Origin: Paracoccaceae bacterium
GTDB taxonomy: Bacteria; Pseudomonadota; Alphaproteobacteria; Rhodobacterales; Rhodobacteraceae
DNA: 64,000 nt
Assembly (NCBI GenBank): GCA_043561795.1
Contig: CP121316.1
Span: 754,061-818,060 of the forward strand
Direction: 5' to 3'
Under the pieces are notes generated by a model that was not told the origin of the DNA, ran no database searches, and saw only the letters and a program-made list of their open reading frames with translations. The translations under genes were made by a program, and so were the position numbers. This document shows positions 41,137-51,456 of the stretch, in pieces (positions within the stretch are counted from its first letter, which is position 1; every line of letters starts with the position of its first letter).

Positions 41137-42127
41137 ACACCACTTCAAGAGAGGCTTTCACGGCTGCATGTTTGCCGCGCATATCGGCATCGGTTGCGGG
41201 CACAAGCACCACATCGCCACCGGTATCCTTGCTGTCAAACAGCGCCAGCAACCCATCCTGATCCAGCGGTTCGGGGCGAATGGGCGGGGCAATGCCCACG
41301 GCCTCTGCCAGCCCGGCAAAAAGCGGGCCCCATTGGCTTTTTTCAGTGCCAACAATCTGGTAATTGGCGGATTTCTTGCGCAAATCCTCATCGGCGGGGA
41401 TTGTGGCCAGCACCGGGATTTTCACGGCATCCGCAAAAGCCTGCGCCTCGCCCGTGCCGTCATCTTTGTTGATAACCAGCCCGGCAACACCCACATTCCC
41501 GCCCAGTTTGCGGAAATATTCCACCGCAGAGCAGACGTTATTGGCCACATACAGCGATTGCAGATCGTTGCTGCCTACCAGAATGACCTTCTGCGCCATG
41601 TCGCGCGCAATGGGCAGGCCAAAGCCGCCGCAAACCACATCGCCAAGGAAATCCAGCAAGACGTAATCAAAATCCCAGTCATGGAAGCCCAGCTTTTCCA
41701 GCAGTTCGAACCCGTGGATAATGCCGCGCCCACCGCAGCCCCGGCCCACTTCCGGCCCGCCCAGTTCCATCGCGAAAACGCCGTTGCGCTTGTAGCAGAC
41801 ATCACCGATCTGCACCTCTTCGCCCGCAAGCTTTTTGCGGGTAGAGGTTTCGATGATCGTGGGGCAGGCTTTGCCCGCAAATAGCAGGCTGGTTGTATCG
41901 GATTTCGGATCACAGCCAATCAGTAGCACGCGCTTTCCCTGTTCGGCCATCATGCAAGACAGATTGGCCAGGGTGAAGCTTTTGCCAATACCGCCCTTGC
42001 CATAGATCGCAATGATCTGGGTGTGCTTGCTGGGCGGGTCTTGCGGGATTTCCAGCGTTGGCTCTTCCTGCGCTTCCTCTCGAAGGCGCTGGTCGAAATC
42101 CTTCAGATTAGGGATGTCGAGGGTCAT
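41123..42127 (-). CDS. bchX: Chlorophyllide a reductase iron protein X
   Basis: [28 protein letters not shown] and [11 protein letters not shown] motifs (NifH-like). Confidence 0.97.
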   Translation of the reverse strand: MTLDIPNLKDFDQRLREEAQEEPTLEIPQDPPSKHTQIIAIYGKGGIGKSFTLANLSCMMAEQGKRVLLIGCDPKSDTTSLLFAGKACPTIIETSTRKKLAGEEVQIGDVCYKRNGVFAMELGGPEVGRGCGGRGIIHGFELLEKLGFHDWDFDYVLLDFLGDVVCGGFGLPIARDMAQKVILVGSNDLQSLYVANNVCSAVEYFRKLGGNVGVAGLVINKDDGTGEAQAFADAVKIPVLATIPADEDLRKKSANYQIVGTEKSQWGPLFAGLAEAVGIAPPIRPEPLDQDGLLALFDSKDTGGDVVLVPATDADMRGKHAAVKASLEVVYDDA

Positions 42128-43080
42128 GCAGCTTCCTCCCAGTCAAAGATCATTTTCAGGCAGTCAGGATCGGTGAAGGCCGTTTCATAGGCCGCCGCCG
42201 CATCCTTGGGCCGCGCGCGATGTGTAATCAGCCCGGACAGAGAGAGCGTGCCGCTCTCGATCATCTCGCGCGTGGCAATCAGATCTTGCGGTTGCCATTC
42301 GGCGGCAATGCGCAAACGCGCCTCGCGCATGAAGGCGGGCACGAAGGCAAATTGCAAAGGCTTGGTATAAAACCCCGCCAGCACCACTTCGCCATTGCGC
42401 GCAATCCGGCCCACAAGCTGATCGATCAGCCCTTCGGCCCCAGAGGCATCCATGATGCAGCGGTAATCGCGGCGGGTATCGGTATCGGGGTGGCACACGG
42501 CATAGCCTTGGGCACCAGATTGGCGCGCGGGGTTCACTTCCCAGACCTGCGGCGCAGGCGCGCCAGAGGCAATGACAATCCGCGCGATCAAACGGCCCAG
42601 AACACCGTGGCCCACAATCAGATCGGGCATGCTGGCATTTGGCCCGGCTACAGCATGGCGCGCAGTTGCCGCCAGCGCCAGAAGCGCGCCTTCCGGCCCC
42701 ATGGCAGGGTCAATGCGGGTAACGCGGCTGGCCTCAGTCACCAGATAGCGAGAGGCCCCGCCAAACAACCCATATACCGGCCCGGCATCGCCCGGCGTAA
42801 AACAATTAGCCCCCGGCACGAAAACGCGCTCGCCGGGCTTGAAGCCTGTCTCGGCCCCGGCCTCGACCACTTCGCCCGCGGCCTCATAGCCCGGCACAAG
42901 CGGATAGCCCATGCCCGGAAAGGGCGGCATCTCTCCCGACCAGAACAGTTTTTCCGTGCCTGTGGAAACGCCCGAATGCCCGATACGCACCACCAGATCC
43001 CCCGGCCCTGCCGCCTTCAGCCCCACCCGGCCCAGCGCAAGCTGGCGAGGGGCGGAAAGGATGATGGCGTCAGTCTGCAA
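42124..43080 (-). CDS. bchC: 3-hydroxyethyl bacteriochlorophyllide dehydrogenase (TTG start)
   Basis: [30 protein letters not shown] and [10 protein letters not shown] motifs. Confidence 0.95.
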   Translation of the reverse strand: MQTDAIILSAPRQLALGRVGLKAAGPGDLVVRIGHSGVSTGTEKLFWSGEMPPFPGMGYPLVPGYEAAGEVVEAGAETGFKPGERVFVPGANCFTPGDAGPVYGLFGGASRYLVTEASRVTRIDPAMGPEGALLALAATARHAVAGPNASMPDLIVGHGVLGRLIARIVIASGAPAPQVWEVNPARQSGAQGYAVCHPDTDTRRDYRCIMDASGAEGLIDQLVGRIARNGEVVLAGFYTKPLQFAFVPAFMREARLRIAAEWQPQDLIATREMIESGTLSLSGLITHRARPKDAAAAYETAFTDPDCLKMIFDWEEAA

Positions 43081-43145
43081 AGGGTATCTCCTAGCGGGCG
43101 CATCTCATCTGCAACAGCAGTGAATGGCGAGTCGTGTGCCTATAA

Positions 43146-43189
43146 TGTAATCATAACGATACAACCTAAACTGTCAACTCTTATTGACA
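43146..43189 (-). promoter_or_regulatory. bchC promoter with paired PpsR sites
   Basis: TGT-N12-ACA at 43146-43163 and 43172-43189 (8 bp apart). Minus-strand TTGACA(43177-43172)-N16-TATGAT(43155-43150). Confidence 0.9.
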
Positions 43190-43212
43190 CCCAAAATCGC
43201 TCACAAGACCAC

Positions 43213-44316
43213 TCAGGCGGGGGCAGGCCGCTTCTCTGCTTGCAAAACACAGGTCACAAAGCGCCTTTTGCCCTTTTCTTTTGAAATATTCGCAAAACCC
43301 GCCTCTGAAAGCAGTTCCGCAATACGCGCCGCGCTGCGGGTTTGGCCTGTTTCCATCGCCAATGTGTAAACTGAAAAATACACATCTGTTTGCGGATCGG
43401 GCCGCGCGCCGCCGGACATCGGCTCTATCACCAGCACCCGCCCGCCGGGGGGCAAGGCGTCATGCACCTTGGCCAGAAGCGCGCGCACAGTCTCATCAGA
43501 ATGATCATACAGCACCCGCACCAGCGAAATCACATCCGCCCCCTCTGGCAGCGGATCGCTGCGGAAAGAGCCGCCATGCCGCGCAATCGCCTCTGGCAGT
43601 GCCGCTTGCGCCACCACATCGGGCAGATCAAACAGCGCCAGTTCCAACCCCGGATAGCGCGCATGCACAGCGCGCAGGAACATCCCTGTTCCGCCGCCCA
43701 CATCCAGCAACTTGCGCGCCCCTTTGAGAGAGAGATGCGCCAGCGCCTCTTGCGCCACAAGATGCTGGCTTTCGGCCATCAGCCGCGAATAGCGGGCGGT
43801 TTGCTCTGGGTTTGCGCTCTGGCCGCCAAAAACATAGGGCCAGAACTGCGCCAGCTTGGGCCGGGTTTCCCCCCGGATAAAGGCCACAGGATCGGCCAGA
43901 TCATCGTATAGAACATGATGATGGCGCACCATATCGGCCAGCCCCGGCACGGCCAGAAAGGCCGCGCCACGCCGCGCCAGCCCATAGTTTGCACCCCTGC
44001 GCGTCAAAAGCCGCATGGCCGCACCGGCCTGCAACAGAATCGCCATACGCTCTGGCGGGACATCGCAGCGCGCGGCCAAGGCGGCCACTGTTGCAGGGCC
44101 ATCGGCCAGCTTGTGCAACACGCGCAATTCCACCAGCGCTGTCAGCATCTGGCTTTGCACGAATCCTTGCATCAGGTCAAAAATCGCGCGCCCCTCGGCG
44201 CGGGCAATGCCGCGCAATCCCGGCACGCGCAGCGACAGCGCCTGAAACCACGGCGCGGCCACCAGCCGATTGAAAAACCCCACAGGGCGAAAGGCGGGCG
44301 CGGGGCTGTCTGTCAC
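43213..44316 (-). CDS. crtF: Demethylspheroidene O-methyltransferase
   Basis: FDLMQGFVQSQ, LLDVGGGTG and SLVRVLYDH motifs; GTG start 4 nt after the crtE stop. Confidence 0.93.
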   Translation of the reverse strand: MTDSPAPAFRPVGFFNRLVAAPWFQALSLRVPGLRGIARAEGRAIFDLMQGFVQSQMLTALVELRVLHKLADGPATVAALAARCDVPPERMAILLQAGAAMRLLTRRGANYGLARRGAAFLAVPGLADMVRHHHVLYDDLADPVAFIRGETRPKLAQFWPYVFGGQSANPEQTARYSRLMAESQHLVAQEALAHLSLKGARKLLDVGGGTGMFLRAVHARYPGLELALFDLPDVVAQAALPEAIARHGGSFRSDPLPEGADVISLVRVLYDHSDETVRALLAKVHDALPPGGRVLVIEPMSGGARPDPQTDVYFSVYTLAMETGQTRSAARIAELLSEAGFANISKEKGKRRFVTCVLQAEKRPAPA

Positions 44317-44320
44317 AGCG

Positions 44321-45199
44321 CTACACCCGGACAGGGGCAACCGGGGTCATGCGTTCGGCATATAGCCGCACCAGCTGGGCAAGCTGCCCTTCGCCGGGGC
44401 AAGAGGGGATAGACGAAATCGCCCCGCTGAGGATATCTTGCAAATGCTTGATCGCGCCTTGCACGCCATATTCTTCCACCGCAGAGGGGCGCTTGTTCAG
44501 CACATCTTGCCCGGCAGGCTTGCCAAGCGCCGCTTCGTCATACAGCGCATCGCGCAGATCATCGGCCACCTGAAACGCCTCGCCAATGCGCGCGCCCAGT
44601 TCCACCCATGGCTCTGGCTCATGGCCCGCGGCCTGCGCGCCCATCTGGGTCGCGGCCACGAACAGCGCCGCCGTTTTGGAACGGTGATAGGCGCCCAGAT
44701 CGACCTTGCTTTCACTCTCCCAGCCCTGCCCCGCTCAAATGCCATGCGGCATGCCAGTATGACGGGCCAAAAGCCGCGTCAGGCGCAGCGCGCGGGCGGC
44801 ATCGGTATCGGGAACATCGGCCAGCAGATCAAAGGCGGCAATGATCAGGCTATCGCCTGTCAGAACGGCCAAGGGTTCGGAATAGGCCAGATGCACAGTT
44901 GGCTTGCCGCGCCGGAAATCGGCATTGTCAAAAGCGGGCAAATCATCATGCACAAGGCTGGCGCAATGGATCAGCTCCAGCGCCGTGGCTGCACGATCTG
45001 ACAGATCGGGCCTGTCATCACCACAGGCTTTGGCCACGGAGAGGCAAATCGTGGGGCGAATCCGCGCGCCACCGGGGGTGACAGCATAATTCAGCGCCGA
45101 GGCCAGCCGCGCAGGCACGCTGCCCTCTGGCGTATCGGCCCCCTGTGCGCGCGCTATGGCCTGTGTCATGGCTCTGTCGATACGTTTGCTCAGCTCCAT
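44321..45199 (-). pseudogene. crtE: Geranylgeranyl diphosphate synthase with in-frame TGA at 44737-44735
   Basis: PGGARIRP and SLVHDDLPAFD (FARM), then GMPHGI-TGA-AGQGWESE, and the same frame continues through KTAALF and FQVADDLRD (SARM) to TAG 44321; 292 codon positions. Confidence 0.92.
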
Positions 45200-45218
45200 A
45201 GCGCCCCTCATCCGGTTG

Positions 45219-45259
45219 TGTCATACAATTTAGACAGATAGTGTAAATTATACTGGACA
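45219..45259. promoter_or_regulatory. Paired PpsR sites in the divergent crtE-crtD promoter
   Basis: TGTCATACAATTTAGACA (45219-45236) and TGTAAATTATACTGGACA (45242-45259). Confidence 0.9.
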
Positions 45260-45289
45260 GTTTTGGACAAAGAGTCAACAATTCCTGAC

Positions 45290-46855
45290 ATGAAGATGCA
45301 GAAAGACACAGTGCTTGTTATTGGCGCCGGAATGGGCGGGCTGGCGGCTGCCATCAGGCTGGCCGCTGCCGGGCGCGATGTTACGCTGCTGGAGGCGCAG
45401 GGCTGGCCGGGCGGCAAGATGCGCACCCTGCCCAGCCCCGCCGGGCCAGTGGATGCCGGGCCAACGGTGCTGACGCTGCGCGATGTGCTGGACGATCTGT
45501 TCCAGACCGCCGGGGCAGAGCTGGACAGCCACATCACCCTGAAAGCCCTGCCGCTACTTGCGCGCCATTTCTGGGCCGATGGCACACAGCTGGATCTGTA
45601 TCCCGATGCAGCGGCCAATGCCCATGCCATTGGCGCGGCCTTTGGCACACAGGCGCGGGATGAATTTACCCGGTTCGAGCGCGAGACAGGCGCGCTTTTC
45701 GCGGCCTTTGAAGCGCCCATCATGCGCAGCCCGCGCCCGCGCATGGGCGCTGCGGCCCGCGCCATGCTTGCGCGCCCTGCCCTGTTGCCATGGCTTGCGC
45801 CGGGGCGCAGCCTGAGTGCCATGCTGGAGGCACGCTTCACCCAGCCGCGCTTGCGCCAGTTGTTCGGGCGCTATGCCACTTATGTGGGCGGCAATCCCGC
45901 GCTTGCCCCTGCCATCCGTGGCCTGATCTGGCAGGCAGAGGCCGCAGGCGTCTGGGCCGTGCAAGGCGGCATGGCCGCCCTTGCGCACGCCTTGGCGCGG
46001 GTTTTTACAGCATTGGGGGGCGATTTGCGCCTGAATACGCCAGTTGCGCGGATTCTGACCAAAGGGGGCCATATTGCCGGGGTGCAGCTTGGCTGCGGCG
46101 CAATCCTTCCGGCTGCGCAGATCATCTTCAACGGCGATCCCGCCGCCCTGCCCTTCTTGCTGGATACTCCCCGCCGCGCGCCAAAGCGCCACCAGACCCA
46201 GCCGCGCAGCCTGTCGGCCAATGTCTGGACATTTGCCGCCACAGTGCAGCCCGAAGGGCTGGGCCAGCAGGCGCTGGCCTATCACAGTGTTTTCTTCGCC
46301 GATGATCCCGCACAGGAATTCGGGCCATTGGCCAAAGGCCGCACCCCCGCTGCGCCCACGATCTATGTTTGCGCACAAGACAGGCTTGGCGCACAGCCCC
46401 TTGGCCCAGAGCGGTTTCAATTCATTCTCAATGCGCCCGCGCTTGCACCGGGCGCGCGCTATAGCAAGGACAGCCCATGCCCGACATCTCCGCTTTCCCG
46501 TCTGGCCCGGTTCGGCCTGCATCTGAACCCCGAACCACTGCCACAGGCGCTGACACAGCCGCAGGATTTCGCGCGCCTGTTTCCGCACAGTCAGGGGGCG
46601 CTTTATGGGCTGTCGCCCAACGGGGTGATGGCCACATTCCAGCGCCCGACAGCACGCATGCGGATAGCGGGGCTATATCTGGCGGGGGGCGGGGTGCATC
46701 CGGGGGCGGGCGTGCCGATGGCGCTGATATCGGGCAAACACGCAGCAGCAGCAGCGCTCAGCGACCGGATTTCCGCGCCCATGTTCCGCCCAATGGCTAT
46801 GCGTGGTGGTATATCGACGGGATCAGCGATGACGGCGCGCGCGCCCTCTCGGTAA
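45290..46855 (+). CDS. crtD: 1-hydroxycarotenoid 3,4-desaturase
   Basis: VIGAGMGGL, GGKMRT, DAGPTV, LFGRYATYVGG and LYLAGGGVHPGAGVPMA motifs. Confidence 0.94.
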   Translation: MKMQKDTVLVIGAGMGGLAAAIRLAAAGRDVTLLEAQGWPGGKMRTLPSPAGPVDAGPTVLTLRDVLDDLFQTAGAELDSHITLKALPLLARHFWADGTQLDLYPDAAANAHAIGAAFGTQARDEFTRFERETGALFAAFEAPIMRSPRPRMGAAARAMLARPALLPWLAPGRSLSAMLEARFTQPRLRQLFGRYATYVGGNPALAPAIRGLIWQAEAAGVWAVQGGMAALAHALARVFTALGGDLRLNTPVARILTKGGHIAGVQLGCGAILPAAQIIFNGDPAALPFLLDTPRRAPKRHQTQPRSLSANVWTFAATVQPEGLGQQALAYHSVFFADDPAQEFGPLAKGRTPAAPTIYVCAQDRLGAQPLGPERFQFILNAPALAPGARYSKDSPCPTSPLSRLARFGLHLNPEPLPQALTQPQDFARLFPHSQGALYGLSPNGVMATFQRPTARMRIAGLYLAGGGVHPGAGVPMALISGKHAAAAALSDRISAPMFRPMAMRGGISTGSAMTARAPSR

Positions 46856-47694
46856 TCGGGTTTATCGGATCGGTATTTTCGCCATGGTATCGTTGGTCGG
46901 GGCGGCGCGACCCGCAAAACCATTGCTGCATCAATGTCGCCACCTATGGCCCGCAAGCCCGCTTCACCATGACAGACAGAGGCCGCCCCGCCCTGCGCCA
47001 ATCGCAAGATGTGTTCGAGGTTGGCCCCTCGTCCATCCGCTGGGAAGGTGACCGGCTGGTGATAGAGGTGAATGAAGTTTCCTCACCCCCGCTGATTTCG
47101 CGTGTGCGCGGCACGATCACCCTGCACCCGGAAGCGCTGTTTGGCCAAAGCTTTGATCTGGCCCCCGATGGCAGCCACCGTTGGCAGCCCTTTGCCCCCA
47201 TCGCGCGCATAGAGGTAGATTTGCAGCCGGGCCATAAATGGCAGGGGCATGGCTATTTCGACAGCAATTTCGGAGAGGCCGCGCTGGAAGATGATTTCCG
47301 CTATTGGACATGGGGGCGCTTTCCCAATCGTGGCGGCGCGGCGTGTTTTTATGATGCCACCCTGCGCGATGGCAGCACGGCGGCGACGGCGCTGCAATTC
47401 CACCCCGATGGGCGGCTGGAACATATCGCCCCGCCGCCAAAGGCGCGCTTTGCGCGCAGCCTTTGGGCGGTGCGGCGCGAAACCCGCGCCGATGCGGGGT
47501 TTCAGCCCCGGCAGGAACTGGCCATGCTGGATGCGCCTTTCTATACCCGCGCGGCTGTGCGCACGCGCATTGACGGGGTGGAAACTGTGGGCGTGCATGA
47601 GGCGCTGGATTTGCGCCGCTTCGCGCAGCCACTGCTCAAGCCCATGCTGGCCGTGCGCGTACCGCGCCGCAGGGGCTGGCAGTTTCCAGATTAA
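46477..47694 (+). CDS. crtC: Carotenoid 1,2-hydratase (start uncertain; overlaps crtD)
   Basis: GYAWWYIDGISDDG, FIGSVFSPWY, GHGYFDSNFG, DAPFYTR and HEALDL motifs. The only in-frame ATG/GTG/TTG upstream of the conserved block is ATG 46477, preceded by AAGGA. Confidence 0.85.
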   Translation: MPDISAFPSGPVRPASEPRTTATGADTAAGFRAPVSAQSGGALWAVAQRGDGHIPAPDSTHADSGAISGGGRGASGGGRADGADIGQTRSSSSAQRPDFRAHVPPNGYAWWYIDGISDDGARALSVIGFIGSVFSPWYRWSGRRDPQNHCCINVATYGPQARFTMTDRGRPALRQSQDVFEVGPSSIRWEGDRLVIEVNEVSSPPLISRVRGTITLHPEALFGQSFDLAPDGSHRWQPFAPIARIEVDLQPGHKWQGHGYFDSNFGEAALEDDFRYWTWGRFPNRGGAACFYDATLRDGSTAATALQFHPDGRLEHIAPPPKARFARSLWAVRRETRADAGFQPRQELAMLDAPFYTRAAVRTRIDGVETVGVHEALDLRRFAQPLLKPMLAVRVPRRRGWQFPD

Positions 47695-47855
47695 AACGGG
47701 CAAAGCCCCTCCCGTGACGCGGGATGCTTCATGCGCCAGCCGCAAAGCGCAATCTCCGGGCAGGCAGGGTATATGGCGAAGGTCTGGAACAGGCCGCGAA
47801 GGAACTTGAAGCTATACAGTTGCGCGGCGTCAAGACAGCAGGCCACCCGCCCCGA

Positions 47856-48737
47856 TCAGGGATCGCCCACAACCGACATATGCCCACTTGTGCGCCGCAA
47901 AAACGGCAGCACCAGTTCGGCCACGGCCTCTGGGGCCTCTTCATGCAGCAAATGCCCATAGCCAGTGATTTCGGCATAGGTTGCGCGTTGCATCCGCGCC
48001 GCCGCCTCGCGCGAGACACGGGCGGGAACCGCCTTGTCCTTGTCCGAGGCAATCAGCAGACAAGGCAGCATGATTTGCGGAAACCGCTCTATCAGCGGTT
48101 CCAGTTGCCATTGCGCCATCATGCCCAGCGTCCCTTCCACATGGCGCGGATCGCCGACAAGGCGCTGATACATCGTCACCGCCTCTGCATCCAGTTGCGA
48201 GCCTGTGCCGCGCAGCAACCCTTCCACCTGCTTGCGCTTGGATGTCAGGCGCGTGACAATCGCGGCCACAAAAGGGCTGGCCGACATGGCGCGGGCAAGT
48301 TTGGGAAACAGCCAGCCTGCAAACCCGTCAAACGGGCCAAGGGCCGCGTTTATCCCCACCACAGCGCGGGGCGGATTGGGCAACACCTCTATCAGGCGCA
48401 GCGCAATGGCCGCCCCTGCGGAATGGCCGATAATCGCCAGGGGCCGCCAGCCCTGATCGGCGCATAGCGTGGCCAGATCATCGGCCATCGCATCCAGCCC
48501 CAGCCGCATCATACCGCCTGCGCGGGTAAAGCCCTGCCCCGGCAGATCGGGCATGATAAGACGATATCCGGGCAAATACCGCGCCAGCCTGTGAAAACTA
48601 TGGGCAGAGGCCCCGGCCCCATGCAACAGCAACACATCCGGCCCCTTGCCCACAATCTGCACATGCCATTCATGCGGGCGGCAGCGTATAACCCTTGACT
48701 GCGCGCTTAAGGGCCAGTCTTTGGGAATGCTGGACAT
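47856..48737 (-). CDS. bchO: Alpha/beta hydrolase BchO
   Basis: LLHGAGASAHS, PDLPGQGFT, GHSAG, GHLLHEE motifs; follows bchD. Confidence 0.9.
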   Translation of the reverse strand: MSSIPKDWPLSAQSRVIRCRPHEWHVQIVGKGPDVLLLHGAGASAHSFHRLARYLPGYRLIMPDLPGQGFTRAGGMMRLGLDAMADDLATLCADQGWRPLAIIGHSAGAAIALRLIEVLPNPPRAVVGINAALGPFDGFAGWLFPKLARAMSASPFVAAIVTRLTSKRKQVEGLLRGTGSQLDAEAVTMYQRLVGDPRHVEGTLGMMAQWQLEPLIERFPQIMLPCLLIASDKDKAVPARVSREAAARMQRATYAEITGYGHLLHEEAPEAVAELVLPFLRRTSGHMSVVGDP

Positions 48738-48739
48738 CT

Positions 48740-50392
48740 CTATCCCCCCAGCGCGGCAGAGAGGGTGGTGGAGAGCGTTCGCGCATCGGCACGCGGCAAG
48801 GCAATAAGCGTGGCGCGCATCTGGGCGGCCAGTTCGGCAAGCTGCGGCTTGGGCCGCAAACTGGTATCAATCACCAGCGCAGGAATTTTGCGCGCAGCAA
48901 TGGCGCGGGCAATCTGCGCGGCCTCTGCCCCGGCCTGCGCGCGATTGGCGCTGCCATCCAGCGCGATATTTCCGCGCCCATCTGTCAGAAAGGCCAGCGT
49001 GGGCGCCATGCCATGCCCGCGCGCCTGTTCGGCCGTGGCAAGGGCGATTTGCAGCGCATGGGCAAGGGGCGTTGCCCCGCCACCGGGGAGGCCCGCAAGC
49101 CTGCGCTTGGTCTGCACCAGCGAACGCGAGGGCGGCAAACACAGTTCCGCGCTATGGCCGCGAAAGGCCACAAGTGCCACATGATCGCGCGCCGAATAGG
49201 CTTCGGCCAGCATCAGTTCCACCGCGCCCTTGGCCTCTGCCAAGCGCGCCAATGCGGCAGAGCCAGAGGCATCGACCACGAAAATCAGCACACGGTCGGT
49301 CTGATCCTGATAGCGCTTTATGCGAATATCGGCGGGCATCAGAAGCAATCTGTCCACGCCCCGCCCCGGCATCATGGCGCGGCGCATCTTTTGCCATGGG
49401 GCGGCCTGACGCAGCGTTGCGATCACATCCACCCGCGCGCCTGCGCCGGGCTTGCCCGCGCGCGACGGCAATGGCCTGCCCCGCCGCAGGGATTTGCGCG
49501 CAGCCCCCGCGCCGGAATTGCCGCCCATCGCACGCGCCACGCGCGCGGCCTGAAGCTGCGCCAACAGCCCCGGTGGCAGCGCGCTGCGCGCCGCGTCAAT
49601 CAGCATCTCTTCGGGGATATCCTGAAGGCTTTCATTCTGCGCGCCCGCCTCTTCGGGTGGGGTCTGGGGCGGCTCTGGCGGCGCATCATCCGGCTCTGGC
49701 GCCGTTTCGGGGAAATGGCGCGCTTTATGCGCGTAACACAGCGCCACGGCGATTTCCAAATCTTCCTCTGCAATTGCCCCTGCGCCGCGCCATGCTGCAT
49801 GGGCGCGCGCGCAGGCCAAGGCCAGAAGCGGCGCGCGCAGGCTGGCAATGCCCAGATCGGCGGCCACATGCACAAGCCGCGCTTGCGCGGCATCTGTGGC
49901 CATATGGGCCAGCCGCGCTTGGGCCGTCGCAATCAAGGGCAGGCTCAGGGCAAATTCCTGTGTCTCGCCCCAAGCGAAACTGTCCAAATCCACAAACAGG
50001 CCCAGACGGTCGGCCAGTGCAGCGGGCAGGCCCTCGCCCTCTTCGGCCGCTTCATCCTGCGCGACAAGGGCAAGGCCCGCATCCTGATCCAGCGCCTGAC
50101 CCAAACGCACGGCCAGACCGGGGGGGCAGCGTTCGGCCATTGTCAGCGCCAGAAAGCCGGGGGTTTCCAACAGGCCCGCATGGCGGTGCATTTCACCACT
50201 GGCCAGAGTGGCGGATAAATCCATGCCGCCCATCAGGGCCTCATCCGTGATGAAGGGATGCAGCTTTCGCGGCCCAAGCGCGGCCAAAGCCGCAAGCACC
50301 CTGTCCCGCACCGGCCCCGCACGGCTGCGCAGCCACAGCCCGCGCAATCCGACCGGATCAATCGCCAGCAGGGTCAGCGCACGTTCCACCAT
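48740..50392 (-). CDS. bchD: Magnesium chelatase subunit D
   Basis: GLWLRSRAGP, Pro/acidic linker, RGRPLPSR and vWA VDASGS/TDGRGN motifs. Confidence 0.95.
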   Translation of the reverse strand: MVERALTLLAIDPVGLRGLWLRSRAGPVRDRVLAALAALGPRKLHPFITDEALMGGMDLSATLASGEMHRHAGLLETPGFLALTMAERCPPGLAVRLGQALDQDAGLALVAQDEAAEEGEGLPAALADRLGLFVDLDSFAWGETQEFALSLPLIATAQARLAHMATDAAQARLVHVAADLGIASLRAPLLALACARAHAAWRGAGAIAEEDLEIAVALCYAHKARHFPETAPEPDDAPPEPPQTPPEEAGAQNESLQDIPEEMLIDAARSALPPGLLAQLQAARVARAMGGNSGAGAARKSLRRGRPLPSRAGKPGAGARVDVIATLRQAAPWQKMRRAMMPGRGVDRLLLMPADIRIKRYQDQTDRVLIFVVDASGSAALARLAEAKGAVELMLAEAYSARDHVALVAFRGHSAELCLPPSRSLVQTKRRLAGLPGGGATPLAHALQIALATAEQARGHGMAPTLAFLTDGRGNIALDGSANRAQAGAEAAQIARAIAARKIPALVIDTSLRPKPQLAELAAQMRATLIALPRADARTLSTTLSAALGG

Positions 50393-50454
50393 CGCCCAAG
50401 GGCTTGAATCGGGCGCAGGGCGGCCGGGTTGGCCGCTGGTGTCATCATAAGGGG

Positions 50455-51456
50455 TCAGGGCAGCACCTCTGCCAATTGGCGGGCCACGCGCGCGGTAGAG
50501 CCTGCCTCATCCAGCGGATCGCGGCGCAGGCGGTGGCGCAGGGCCATGGGGGCTGCCGCGCGGATATGGGCGCGCGTCACATCACCCGCGCCCTCATAGG
50601 CCGCCAAGGCGCGCGCGGTGCGCAACAGCGTGAGTTCCCCGCGCAACCCGTCAGAGCCAAGCGCAAGGCACACCGCCGCGCAATCATGCAGCACCACATT
50701 AGAGGTGTTCAGCCCCGGCAGCGCCGCCCGTGCTTCCAGAATGCGCGCGCGCAGCGCGGCATCATGGGGCGCCCATTCAGCCACGAAGGCGGCATGGGCG
50801 TTTTCATAGGCATCGCGGCGGCGGATGACTTCTATCCGGGTGTCAATCTCTTTGGGGCTGGTCACTTCCACCGACAGGCCGAACCTGTCCAAAAGCTGGG
50901 GCCGCAACTCTCCCTCTTCGGGGTTGCCAGAGCCTACCAGCACAAAGCGCGCGGGGTGGCGGATGGACATGCCTTCGCGCTCGACCACATTCTCGCCCGA
51001 TTGGGCCACATCCAGCAGCAGATCTACGATGTGATCTTCCAGCAAATTCACTTCGTCAATATAGAGATATCCGCGATTGGCCCGCGCCAACAGCCCGGCC
51101 TGAAAGGCTTTTTCGCCACGGGTCAGCGCGCGTTCAATATCCAGCGCGCCGGTGACGCGATCCTCGGTCACACCAAGGGGCAGATCAACCACCGGGGTTG
51201 GGCGGGTGATGATCTCGGTCTCTGTCACCTCTGCCCAAGCAGGGCAATCGTCGGGATTGGCGGAATTGACAGGGCAGCCCTTCACAGCCTCGATCGGCGG
51301 CAAGAGGGCGGCCAGCGCGCGAACAGCCGTGGATTTGCCTGTGCCGCGATCCCCGAACACCAGCACACCGCCGATTTTGGGGTCAATCGCTGTCAGGATC
51401 ATTGCGGTTTTCATTTCATCCTGCCCGACAATGGCAGTGAAGGGGAAAGGCGTCAT
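50455..51456 (-). CDS. bchI: Magnesium chelatase subunit I
   Basis: FPFTAIVGQDEMK, GDRGTGKST, YIDEVNLL, SGNPEEGELRPQLLDRF and DGLRGEL motifs; ATGA overlap with crtA. Confidence 0.97.
   Translation of the reverse strand: MTPFPFTAIVGQDEMKTAMILTAIDPKIGGVLVFGDRGTGKSTAVRALAALLPPIEAVKGCPVNSANPDDCPAWAEVTETEIITRPTPVVDLPLGVTEDRVTGALDIERALTRGEKAFQAGLLARANRGYLYIDEVNLLEDHIVDLLLDVAQSGENVVEREGMSIRHPARFVLVGSGNPEEGELRPQLLDRFGLSVEVTSPKEIDTRIEVIRRRDAYENAHAAFVAEWAPHDAALRARILEARAALPGLNTSNVVLHDCAAVCLALGSDGLRGELTLLRTARALAAYEGAGDVTRAHIRAAAPMALRHRLRRDPLDEAGSTARVARQLAEVLP

Noticed and set aside
44690-44734. Bacterial SECIS downstream of the crtE UGA
   Set aside because: No convincing stem-loop is visible by eye in the ~45 nt after the UGA; a formal bSECIS search is still advisable.
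18388-45199. Genome-wide stop-codon reassignment to explain the pheT TAG and crtE TGA
   Set aside because: Dozens of genes in the window end correctly at TGA or TAG at family-typical lengths, and the pheT TAG coincides with a deletion junction.
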